This document shows positions 40,401 through 51,487 of a stretch of 64,000 nucleotides of DNA, in pieces. The notes beneath the pieces are model-generated. The model ran no database searches, was not told the DNA's origin, and saw only the letters and a list, made by a program, of their open reading frames with translations. The stretch covers positions 4,732,181-4,796,180 of the forward strand of contig CM082596.2 of assembly GCA_040954595.2 (NCBI GenBank), read 5' to 3'. The position numbers and the translations under genes were made by a program. This stretch comes from Balanoglossus misakiensis. Lineage: Eukaryota; Animalia; Hemichordata. The number at the start of each line of letters is the position of its first letter. Position 1 is the first letter of the stretch.

Positions 40401-43400
40401 AGAAATCGAAGGGCTTTGTGTTACTGGGGCTTCTTGTGTACTGCGCAGGGTTTTTCACAGATGAGTTGTTGTAATGGATTAGATTCGGTCACACATTTTG
40501 GACGTGTCACTCATTAGAACGAGTTGTTTTCATCTTTATCCCATGCGGAAGGACTTCCCATCATCAATACGATAATAATTGGTTTATAATGCAGAAAAAA
40601 AAAACCCGTATTAACATGAACAAATACCATTAAAACAGGAATGTATATTCCCACTTTCTATTTAACCTCGAGCGTGGACAAATTAGACACAATGCCGCAA
40701 CTATCATCCTTCGCTGAGACACAATTTCCATGTTACGCATTACATGACTCGCCTGGGAATAAGCGCCGACCTTGACACTGAAAGGAGATTACGGCGTTGA
40801 TGTCCCTGTCACTCTAAATTATCTTTCGTGCAAGACAATCTCAGCCCTTGTCACGGGACATTAAGCTGCACGAAGTCTTGCCAGAAAACAAACTACATCC
40901 GTAAGCAGCCCAGCCGCTTATAATCACAGGTATTAAAACGAATGTAAATGTTTTCAAGCTAACAACAGTCTTCACGCGAATGACGTACACGATCGAGTCA
41001 CCTGTTTTTGTTGACTAAACCAACTTGTATTATGACATGGTCCACTGAAGACGGATGATCTAATAAACACAGGAATACGTACTTAATCCTCCCTGTAATG
41101 TATCTATCATTGATATTTGCTCGGCATAGACATATCCCTAGAATGATGAAATGGGAAAGCTCAAATGAATAAATGTTCCTGTCTATTGGCTATGACACGA
41201 GCTTTGTTGTACACGCTACGTAGAGCAACCCGTAAGCGGTATTCCTGCTTTCAATATGTTCCACTTTTTCCCTCTATTTAAAAAATCTTCTAAATTCTTG
41301 CCGTTGGTGTACATGCAATCTCAGCACATGTGCGCGTGAACGTGTAATTCATCAATCTACAAGTTTGAAGGAAATTTACTGACGTCAAATTAAGTTTTCT
41401 TCGATTAGATTCCACGAAAAGTACCGACCAATTCTTTAAAATACTTCAAGCTCTGTGTGTTGACGACAATATTTACTTTTCAATCCTAGCAACGTCTGCT
41501 TTGACTGTCCATTTTCTTAAATGTATATTTGGCTTGCAATAAATCAATAATATGTGGATATACACACAAATTACAGTCTGGATAAATCTGTCAAGTTTTT
41601 TTGCATGAAAAAAAACTTGCTCTTTTTTCATATTTGCCGACAAACCTTTTGATGAGACGCAAATATTCACTGTTGGTCATTTGCTCATTTTAAAGTGAAA
41701 GAAAATGTAATAGCATAATCATATGCCAGATATCAGTTTACTATCTTGCTACGATAATTAACACGCGAGATTCTGCAATGAGCGGAAAATAATCTATTGA
41801 TGCAACATTTTTTTTCTTTAATTACCTTCAACAGTCAATGCTATTGCAGAAACATGTTTGGCTGACTGGTGGGCTAGGACTGAATGCGTGTGGACAGAAG
41901 GATCCAGCCTACCGTATAACATTGACTCTTTCCACATAAAGTGAGTTGAATGCAAGCACCCTGCCATAAAATTAGTATGCACACCAGGCAAATATGGGTA
42001 ATTGTTATAGATATGGTTTCAATGTATGTATCAATCAATCAATCATGACGGAAAAAATAGACAGGCCATGGAAAATAATGCGAATGACTCTGATGATGAA
42101 GCTTTGTTTTTTTTAGAACTAAACTAAACTGAATATTGATTTTAATTGCCCAGATTAGGGTGAATAAAGTAATATTAAGTTGAATTGAACTGATTTGTTT
42201 TGAACGCAGGAGATAACTCTCAAGGTGACCTTGCACATGTCTGTATCAAGAACGGTTATTACTTATTGTCCCAGCTTCCTTGTTTATCCCAGTTTATGGC
42301 TAACAAATAGTTGTTAAGCCCCAAAGAGCACTTTAGCTGGCTTACAACACGTCAGTAAAACATGACCAATCACAAAGCGCAGTCTGCTCTCCAGGAGACT
42401 CCTGTCACTAGTGTCAGCCAATTATCGATGGGAACGTGTGCAGCTGTACAGAGATTTCCATTGGTTGACAGCGGCCACACGCAATGATTACAGAATTACC
42501 AGGTACTTTCACAAATTCAACTGTCTGACAACAATGCGCTCGAATATTCATGTACGGCAGCTTTGGGCATAGCCAAACATCATCATGCCTCTGACACGCT
42601 GACATTACTGATTGCATGCGTATCGTTGGTTGCCTTAATTTTTATACCGCCCGGCCCCGTCTGTCTAAAACGTTTACGTGCAATACTGGTACCCGTCTCG
42701 AAGGTGGGGGTGGGGTGGGGATGGTGTGGGGTAGTATTTTCAAACATTGCCGACTATGCCTAGTGTGTCTTGGGCCTTATGAAAAAGTGTAGTGTTTGTC
42801 ATGAAATGTGATTCGACATTTCAAGATGGCTGCCCCCATCGCAAGTTTTGCAGAGGAAGTTGTTCAGTTGGCGTGGTGGCCAATAAAGGCGATAAGTGAC
42901 TTTAAAACCAGAAGAGCGGGGAGGGCAACGACATTCGAAACACTTAATCTTTTCGACTGGGGTACAGCAAGTCATTTCTTTTGCCGAAGACTCGCTTGTA
43001 CCTCCGTGTCACTACGAAATTAACGACTTAGACTTAAAAGATGGCTGCCAATCAGACCCCCTAGCTAGATTACATATCCGGGCGCATGCTCCGTAGTATG
43101 TACACAGCAAGTGAAATTCAGCAAGTGCTGGATTCCTTCAGAAAATGACACCGTGTGCCTCTGTTCGCATAATACTAACCTTGAACCTAATTCTGGGGTA
43201 TTCCTGATGTGTCCACTAGTCGCGCACAAATCCAAACTATGGGGTAAATCCAAAAACAAGGTCCAAAAGGCAACGCACACAACTGACCGCATGGTCAAGC
43301 AGACGACATGTCCCAAAGTACTACAATCACGTGACTAATTGAATTGCGCCCCCAAGTGTCTACCAATTCACGTCACTGATCAGTGGATTTATCTGGCTCC

Positions 43401-43690
43401 TTGCAACATTTTAGGGTCCCAGAATCTCGATCCTCGCATCCCAATAGCCTGATCCGATCACTAGTATTCACAATCAGCAATACACGAACTTCTTTTCCTC
43501 GATTAAAAACAAAATACAGATCGGGCTTCAACACAGGTGGCGTCATAGTAGAGCACCCGTCACCAAGGAAACTCCCTAGCCCTGACATACAAAAAAAACT
43601 GCGGAGAGAAACATCTAACTGTGCACCTATTTCGCTGACATTACCGTAGGCCCTAAAATGAAACACGTACATAGGTTTATAACATATATG

Positions 43691-43746
43691 TTTATTAACA
43701 CCCCGTATATATACACTGTATAATATTATAAGCCCGAGGGTTTATT
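43691..43746 (-). terminator. Two candidate AATAAA poly(A) signals for the DUF6973-like gene
   Basis: Plus-strand TTTATT at 43691-43696 and 43741-43746, 300-360 nt past the stop at 44048. Confidence 0.5.
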
Positions 43747-44047
43747 TTTTTTTCTACAAGTATTCGATGACACAGTCTGCGCTTTAAAAAAAAACATATT
43801 TTTGTCCCCCAAATATTGCTCAAAATTACCCTTGAATGGTCTATCTTTTTAAATGATTATAGGTGTATTATATGCGAATAAACTGTTCTAGAGACTCCAC
43901 ATTTTGTAGTACCCTTAGATGATACTAATAGTATTGCTACAACAGTTGGAATAAATATAGAAAGTGTCGACAGAGTGAAGTTCTCGAACGTCTACACTTT
44001 TTACCTGTCCATGCATGTACTAAGTGTTGGTATGCATATAAACGAAC

Positions 44048-45546
44048 TTATTTTTGTATCAAGGAAGCGTTGTACTTCTTATCTTTATCAAGAAAATCAA
44101 ATGAGAATATTTTGCTCCTGAGGGCTTCTTCTTCGCTGATAATTCGCTCTCTGCTGTAAGCAGGGTCCGGTTCGGTCTGCAACACTCCACCCTCAAAGGC
44201 CTCGCGGATCACATCCATGTCGTCCCTGTACACATTCTCGTGGTTTTCGGCCAACACTCGGCCCATCCACTTGTTGTACAGGTCCATCAGACTTTCGGCG
44301 AGCTCGTCTTCGGCCCGACCGGTCAGCTGGTGCGCGTCCCCGAAGTCCTTCGCCAGTACAGGGCCAAACTCTCGCGTCAGGCGGTACATCCAAAGGGCGT
44401 GGTAGACGGCAGTTTGCGCGTGCTTTCCGTTGCAGTCAGCTACAAGAAAATAAAATCGGGATGAAAAGTTGGTATAATTTTAATGCAAGCGCCTTTTAGT
44501 TTTAATAGACAAAGAAAAACCTACATGTTGACGAAAACCTTCACAAGACTTGACTAAGACAAAGTCATACAGATATAACTTATTTGAATGCAAAAAGGAT
44601 AGAGAGCTTGTTGCCCACGTACCAATGAGGAAATTAAGGAAAGTTCAAAATAGTTCACAAGTGATTTGATCTAAATAACAAAATTATTGTCAAGTGATAT
44701 CCTTAGCTGCATAACTGCTTATCATAAGTAACAGTCGGCTTATATCAGGAAAGCGCATTTTCTTTTTTGCCAGCTACAACTCAGTATATAGAGCTCACAA
44801 ATTCTTTCCCAAACTTTTAATTGCGTTTTATACGAATAGAATGTAATCTCCTTTTCTGTAAACACGACTGACATACATCCCTACACCTATTCACAGGTGT
44901 TTTGTAGGGCATATAAGAGATGGATAATAAAATTATGTTGATGAGCAAGATGGCGCGCGTGCATAGATACGCACTATTTGTATATGAATAACACTCACCT
45001 TGATACGTGATGGTATTCGCATCGATTTGACTTTGTTCGCCTACTTCAGCCACGCGTGTGGTTCGTACGGGGTGAAACAGGGATAGTGTGTCCTTCTTCA
45101 TTCCCCGAAAGTCGTAATTAAAGTGGTTGTACGCCTCGCTTTTTGTCAGTCCCGGTTTTGGTCTCTGAACTGAATGAAACAGAGATATTAGGTCTATGAA
45201 CTCAATCACCATAGATGCGCGCGCTCTGTATTGTTGTGTATATTTATCCTTGAAATAGGTCGATCGTAACTGTTTGATAAAAAAAGATTTCACACCGGCT
45301 TTGCTTCTATTGCAGTCTAGTTTACACCACACAATTGTACGCATGGTTGTGTCCGTCGACCTCCCATAAACAATTAATACACAGTAGCGTTGGTGTGGGA
45401 AATCGATCACGTACATGTACATTACACAGGTAAATAGAATTATGACATACCCCACTTAAAAAGCTAGACTTTCAGTTACATTTTGTAGTTGTGCAGATCG
45501 ACAAATAAAAAAAATATCACGTACCTGATTTTCGGATCCACGACAT
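44048..45546 (-). CDS. DUF6973 / minimal-Wnt (Lipocone superfamily)-like protein, 3 exons, 194 aa
   Basis: Exons 45525-45546 (MSWIRKS), 44999-45169 and 44048-44439, joined by canonical phase-1 GT-AG introns (585 nt, in frame). Core sequence: LFHPVRTT...QTAVYHALWMYRLTREFGPVLAKDFGDAHQ...ESLMDLYNKWMGRVLA...IREAFEGGVL. This follows the remembered bacterial pattern HP...DAFRHAxW...TxxFG..A..F.DAHE...MDLxNNxxGR...GxL. The gene structure is solid; the family call is by motif recognition only. Confidence 0.75.
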
Positions 45547-46712
45547 GTTTAGAGTTCCGAGACACGGCGAGGGAATATTTCTATATCACAGTAATATGCA
45601 CAGTACCAGTGTATGTTGCTAACACGGCCACAGAATCAACCGTACGACAAAACACTGTTGACAGTACACACACGACGACTATTGTGCGCGTGAGAAAAGC
45701 ATGAAAGCGGGCGGTCACCGTTCACTTTTGTCTGCAGGGCAAAGATTTAAAGAGTGGATCCAAGACCTTTCAACAGATTCAATGGGTATACGACCTCTGA
45801 AGAGACTCGATTTCTACGCCCATAGGCTGTCTTTGTCACGTGATTTCAGATATTATATCAATTACTGGAGATTAAGGATATTTGAGCCTTGTGAATAGTA
45901 ATGGTATAGTTGAACGGCGGAAAACTTAAACCGTTTCTGCGAACTAAACGAATAAAATGTGACAACAATAAATACAAGCGGCAGAACTACTGATACCAAT
46001 ATAAGGGCTTTCATTTAATAATGTTTCCTCGTTTCTTATAACTTTAAAAGATGAGATTGTCTTTGTTCATTCTAACAACAACAACAAAAACAACAACAAA
46101 TTTCTTGAATATAGTACTGTCAGCATGATGACGTAAGCTATCGAACTCTCAAAATAATTTACAGCTTAATATTTCAAAGAAGTGATAATGGTATTGAAAT
46201 GGCATGGGGATTCATCTTGTTGCTACGGACACACCCCTCTGGTGAACGTCGAAATATGCGTATGTAATCGCTGAGGGCGCCCCATTGTCAACAAAAAGGG
46301 GGTAAGAGCCATGTTGTTTGAATGCTTTGTTTTAGACTATGTATGAGTGGAAAATATTGCATCTTAGAATTACTCGTTATTCACTGGTAAATGAAAGCTC
46401 GCACACAGTACTTCACCAGTCATTTAGAACTTGCTCAGACATTTTACTTCTGAGAATATATGCAAATCTGACATGATTTCTGTCAGGTCACTTCAGTTCA
46501 AATCTTCTCCGTGTCAAATTTAAATCTTTTGAAATGTCAAATTACAAAACCTGAATTACATGTACTCCATGCAAAAGTAGTCTATATAAAGAAAGAAGAA
46601 CGAAAATAACTGAGGTAAGCTTTGTGCCAGTTCAATTCTATGTGCACACTGAGTTTTGACGGAAAGAAAACCTGTCCTTTTGCAGCATTTGGTTTACTTC
46701 ACGGAATCCATT

Positions 46713-49520
46713 TCAGTCAGCCTCCAGCAAGAATTTCGCCATCAACGAGAAATGATCCGAGGAGAGCCTCCCGTTCGGCAGCCCGCCCATCAGCGACGCC
46801 TGGCTGTCGGAAAACAGCGAGAGCCTGGCCAGCTGCTTCAGTTTTCCCTCCGGCCTCTGGGAGTGGTATCCCGACTGTCTGTGGGTCGCGTCTCGGGCGG
46901 CGTCGCGCACCGAGTAGAAGATGTAGTCCACGGTGCAGTTGGTGCGCTGGTGGTTGCTGGTGACCTCCTGCTGGTTGTCCGGCGTGCGGTGTTTGTAGAC
47001 CGATTTCAGGTGGTACGAGTGACCGATGGTGTTCTTGAAGCCGTATTTGTGTCCGTTCGAGGAGGGCACGTCCTCCCACTCGCCACTGTCGCTGTCAGCC
47101 GCGTCCTGCCCTCCTGGGAAAAACACGAACCAAAAACAACGTGAATTTAAACAAGGTGATACACGCAGCGGTTTTCAAGTTTTTGATGTGGACGGACATA
47201 CAGACATACATCCATCCATCCATCCACACATACATACAGACGCAACCGATCCCATAAGGTCCCATGGTACATACCAATGGGACCCAAAAACTCTCAGAAT
47301 GATTTCACTCTTTACATGCTGCACGCTGCAACTGGGTACAAATCAAGAGCAGTAGAGAACCACTGACCTCTGTCCCACTTTCCTCCCCTGGTGTCCACTG
47401 TGTTGACGTACTGGCACCTGTCGGTCACCCCCATCTTGGGACTCCACAGCGGCCGCAGCAGGTGACCCCAGTGGGGGCCGTCGAACTGTCCCGAGACGGC
47501 CGTCCGGTGCAGGTAGTCGTACTTGAGCTTGCCCTTGTTGATGAACTTGTAGAGCGGCGAGTACGGCTGGCTGTTCAGGTCGCCGCACAGGATCACCGGG
47601 TAGTACTTGGCGTCGCCGCCGCGCGCGACTTTCCGGCAGGCCATGTTGTCGATCTCCGCAAAGAGTATGCCCAGCTGCGCGAGCTTGACGTCGCCGCGTT
47701 TGGGGTTGAACAGCAGGTGAGTGGTGGCCACGCAGACGGCCTGATACCTCTTCTTCTTGCTCAGCGGTTGCAGGAGGACCACAGTGCCCACATTGTCTCT
47801 ATCCAGCGGGAAGACACCCGGCTTGTAATATTCCACCAATTTATGTTTAATCAGCCGGAAGAGAGAGTTCCTGTAAAATATAGCACAGCCGTCTTGTTTG
47901 TCCCCTGTGCGTTTCTTGTAGATGCCATCGTAACCTGAAGAGAAATGCACAAGTGGTTGAATAATTCTCAAGCAGTACATAAAAGGCCAGGTGTCAACCT
48001 GTCGGCAGGTATGGGTCCCATACACAGTTTAAGAATGTAATATTTCGGCATTTTTTCGCATTCATTTGTATACAGTTGGTGGCAGGCATTTGCTAGCTAA
48101 TTTTTCATTTCTGTTGTCTCTTTGACAGATATTTACATGACTAGTGTATATGTATGTACTTCTACTCACCCAGTATGGCTAACTGTGGCTGAAAGAAATT
48201 ATTGAAGGGATCTTCTTCAACTTCTTGAAGGCACATGATCTGAAAAACACAGAGAAAATGTTTCAACAAACATCACAATAATCAATTGCTTGGTGACATA
48301 CATTTAGATAAAATGGGAGTGCCACACCAAGGGCAGATAATCTGACAAAGAGTTTGCTCTGGAGGATGGTAGCGATACTCACATCTGGATTTAGATCTTT
48401 GATCTCCTTGAGTAACTTCTGCTTTCTGTAATTCCAGGCCAGCAGATCCAGCGGACAATGAGAGTACAGGTCCATGTTGGTGTCAAGAAGTCCCTGGGCA
48501 AGCAGGTTGTAGGACAAGACGCTGAACTCGAACCCACGCACGTGTCTCTTCTCTTTCTCCCTTCCCAGACCAGTCAGGATCCACTCTCTCTTGAACAAAT
48601 CAGCATTCTCTGTTGGTTGACCTGGACCTGAAAGAAATACAGCTTTAGTGTGTTGTGTGCATAGATGCATGTGTACATCTGTGTGCATATCTGTCTACAA
48701 TGTTGACAAGTGATATGAAACAAAATGACTGAAAATCATCAAATGTTAAAGCTAATGGCCAACAATTTCTCTTACCACCTGACTGCTCCCCATCATTGCT
48801 TTTAACATCCTGACTGACTGTTGTTGCATTTTGTCCATCATCCGACGTACACAAATCCATGGTGCACACATTGTAGTTATCTTCATTTGGCCTGGTGCTG
48901 CCAGACTGGTTGGATTTCCCTGATTTGCGTACTGCTAGTTTATTGTCTGTGGGTACTTTCGATGATGTAGAGGGTACGGCATCTTTGGAGCCTTTGACCG
49001 TGGGAGACCACCTGGGTTTGGAAGCGGTGGGGGTTGTGTCATCCGACTCTGAAATGTGCCGCGACCTCTTTCCACTCCTCTTGAGTTTCTCCAAAGCATC
49101 TGATGTCAGTCCTTGTGCGTGACATTGTATGCTTCCTGCGGGTTCTACAGGTGTACTACTGGAATAGTAGTTGGCACACGCAGGCTGGTGCGTGACGTTT
49201 CCGCACGTTTGGAAGTGTCCTGCTGACGTGCTGGGATTGGTTTGCGCCCACGGGCACGGCATGCGGTAGGCATAGCCGCCCCTTGCAGCGGTGGTTGCGT
49301 ACGTGCCAGCAGTGAGAGGCTGGCTGTATCTGTAGAGCGGGCCGCGCGGTCTGGCTGAATCGTTATTCATAGCAAACTCTGTGTACGCCTGGTTCCACAT
49401 TGATGTGAAACGCGGGGCGTTCCACGGCCAAGGTATTCGCTGGTTAGCACTCATGGCCTTTGCATGCCGACCTAGTCTTATGGCGAGAGTTCTATACCTT
49501 TCTAAACACCCTCTGTGCAT
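46713..49520 (-). CDS. ANGEL2: Protein angel homolog (ANGEL2-like EEP-fold 2',3'-cyclic phosphatase)
   Basis: Exons 48776-~49510 (low-complexity N-terminus), 48383-48627, 48170-48239, 47368-47934, 46713-47113. Motifs: FSVLSYNLLAQ, MCLQEV, KKRTGDKQDGCA, THLLFNPKRGDVKLAQ, CGDLNSQP, TVDYIFY, SSDHFSL. Start is uncertain: ATG at 49799 in an upstream exon, 49520 or 49454. Confidence 0.92.
47195..47240. repeat. (CATA/CATC)n microsatellite in Angel intron
   Basis: Seen directly. Confidence 0.75.
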
Positions 49521-49774
49521 TTAAAAGAGGAAACAGAGTATGAAGAATCGAATAATTACAAAATAATAACACCGTCTTGTCGAAATCCAGGCGGTAGTCT
49601 GCTCCACGTTTTTATATGGACATGCTATATACTGTCTGGTAGAAGAACGAGATACCGTATATGAATTTTGATGAGGCAGCGTCGAACGCGTTTCTGGTGA
49701 CGTTATTTAAAGGTATTTACAGTCTATCTGGTTTGTTCAATCTTACACTTTCCGCCAAAATACACTGTACTTAC

Positions 49775-49877
49775 AACCACCTTCGACATCAGACGCCATG
49801 TTCTTAATGACCTTTGACCGTAGTAGTTTCCTTCGTTATGGCGTTGGTGGCGCCCACCATAAACAAAGATGGCTGCC
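49775..49877. promoter_or_regulatory. Compact bidirectional promoter between Angel (-) and GEMIN6 (+)
   Basis: Minus-strand exon 1 ends at a GTAAGT donor at 49774. Divergent ATGs at 49797-49799 (-) and 49869-49871 (+) each lie in a YY1-like motif (AACATGGCGTC; AAGATGGCTGCC). Confidence 0.7.
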
Positions 49878-50235
49878 TCCAGTGAAAACGACGTGAAAGG
49901 GGACACAGATTTGTCGTCTGCTCGAGCAAGTTTCGGCCAGTCTGAGAGTCCGCAGAAATTACTTTCGCTAGTATACAAACAAGTTAAAGTTGAAGATGCC
50001 GACGGCAAACATCATTTGGGTTGGGTTCATACCGTTGACCCTGTGTCGAATAGGTAAGTTTAGCTTGTGGTACCACCTTACCCTCTCCGATCGGACGAGA
50101 CACGCCCCCCCCCCCCACGCGACTGAGGTGGAAAACCACATAAACAAGAACTGCCGTAGTCGACAGCGCAATATAGTATAAGAATGTTCTGGGTCTGGTA
50201 AAATGCACTGTCGATAACGGCACGCACTTAACCAG

Positions 50236-50284
<49 letters not shown>

Positions 50285-50793
50285 GGTGGTGGTGGTGGTG
50301 GTGATGATGATGCATGGTGGTGATGATGATGACGAGGGGCTTGTTGCGATGCAATAATAACTTGTCCATGAAAATAAACCATTACAGTAAATAACCAAGT
50401 ATCACCATTATGCATTTCAGCATTGTACTGGTCCAGTTTAGCAAAGATGGTGGCGATACCAAGATAGCTGTAGTCCTTGGGCATGCAGTGAGACATGTGG
50501 ACATCCTGAATGGCGATGCCGAATCCCACCGGGACCAGCTGGACAAGCTGTTTGCAAGAGACGCCGGAACGAGCTACACCAAGAATGAACTCCAACAGCG
50601 GAAAGCCAGTCTCAAGGAGTGGCTTGAGAAACACAGGATACCAGTGACCGAGTCTGGAGAAGACGGGAGTCTGTTGTCCGTCTCCGAGGCACTATTCATT
50701 GAACCTCCATACACGGCGGACAGCTGCATCAGCACCAATGAAATCATACTTGGGCGTATACAGTCACTAATCAGGGCGAAGCCAGAGTCATGA
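49869..50793 (+). CDS. GEMIN6: Gem-associated protein 6 (SMN complex), 2 exons, 185 aa
   Basis: Exons 49869-50053 and 50421-50793. Motifs VYKQVKV..GWVHTVDPVSNSIVLVQF, GHAV, RKASLKEWLEKHRIPV and IEPPY..C.STNEIILGRIQ match Gemin6. Confidence 0.93.
50236..50332. repeat. Compound (GAT)n(GGT)n trinucleotide microsatellite in the GEMIN6 intron
   Basis: Seen directly. It is the source of the poly-His/Pro/Ser antisense ORFs. Confidence 0.95.
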
Positions 50794-50813
50794 TGCTTTA
50801 ACAGTGGCCACTC

Positions 50814-50873
50814 AGAGGTCCAACTTTACCATAGAAAACAATGGATTTGGATCAAACTATGCTGGTGAAAGGG
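50814..50873 (+). repeat. Short interspersed repeat, copy 1 (GEMIN6 3' UTR)
   Basis: agaggtccaactttaccatagaaaacaatggatttggatcaaac..ggtgaaaggg recurs at 52721-52766 (internally deleted) and inverted at 56486-56546. Confidence 0.7.
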
Positions 50874-51427
50874 CCCATTCAGAGAAACACCCATAGAAAT
50901 CATCTCTGAACAAGTCAACGAACAGAGAAAAAAGTGCTCAAAGGAGTGATGTACATGTACATCTTAGAACAAAAATATTTACGCATACATTCAGAAACTT
51001 TGACAGCAAGATCCTTTATTTGTACCTTTTACAAAATCCTTTCGATCTTGTTGAATGCGAAGCACAAAAGGTGCTGGGGTGAAATACCTGATAAATGCGT
51101 TTTGGTAACGTTTCTTGTTTACAATATCAAAACAAAACAAAAGTAAAATACCTATAAAGTTTGTCAGTAAATGCAAAAGAAAATACAAAAGACAAGTAAA
51201 TTATCTTAAGTCTGTCACTAAATGCCAAATGTAAAAGAACAACGGGAAAAAAGAACAGGGAAAAGCCAATTGGTGAACTTTACGAATGGCAAGAAATGTT
51301 TGGCTAGTTGGCTACACAAAGCAAGAAATATTAGTCTCTACATAAATTCATAACAAAGCTGGACCATTGAAATGTCAGTAATGCATGAGATAGTGTTATT
51401 GTAGATACTTTGTATTATTACAGAATC

Positions 51428-51487
51428 AATAAACATAAAGTAAAGTGATATATGTCAATATGATGAGTTTGGTGTGTTGTATTTATT
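51428..51487. terminator. Facing poly(A) signals of GEMIN6 (+, 51428-51433) and probably LRP2 (-, 51482-51487)
   Basis: AATAAA on + followed by a GT-rich tract, and TTTATT (minus-strand AATAAA) ~50 nt to the right. Confidence 0.5.

Noticed and set aside
44817-45455. 212-aa ORF as a single-exon protein
   Set aside because: Only 44999-45169 is bounded by splice sites and fits the gene model; the flanks read as intron.
44048-45546. Bacterial contamination or a canonical Wnt as the explanation for the DUF6973-like gene
   Set aside because: It has two spliceosomal introns and lies between animal genes, arguing against contamination. It lacks the signal peptide and conserved Cys pattern of metazoan Wnts.
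46622-47938. Plus-strand ORFs of 109-162 aa over Angel
   Set aside because: Antisense shadows of GC-rich Angel exons.
49968-50634. Minus-strand ORFs with poly-His, poly-Pro and poly-Ser
   Set aside because: They are translations of the (GAT)n(GGT)n microsatellite, antisense to GEMIN6.
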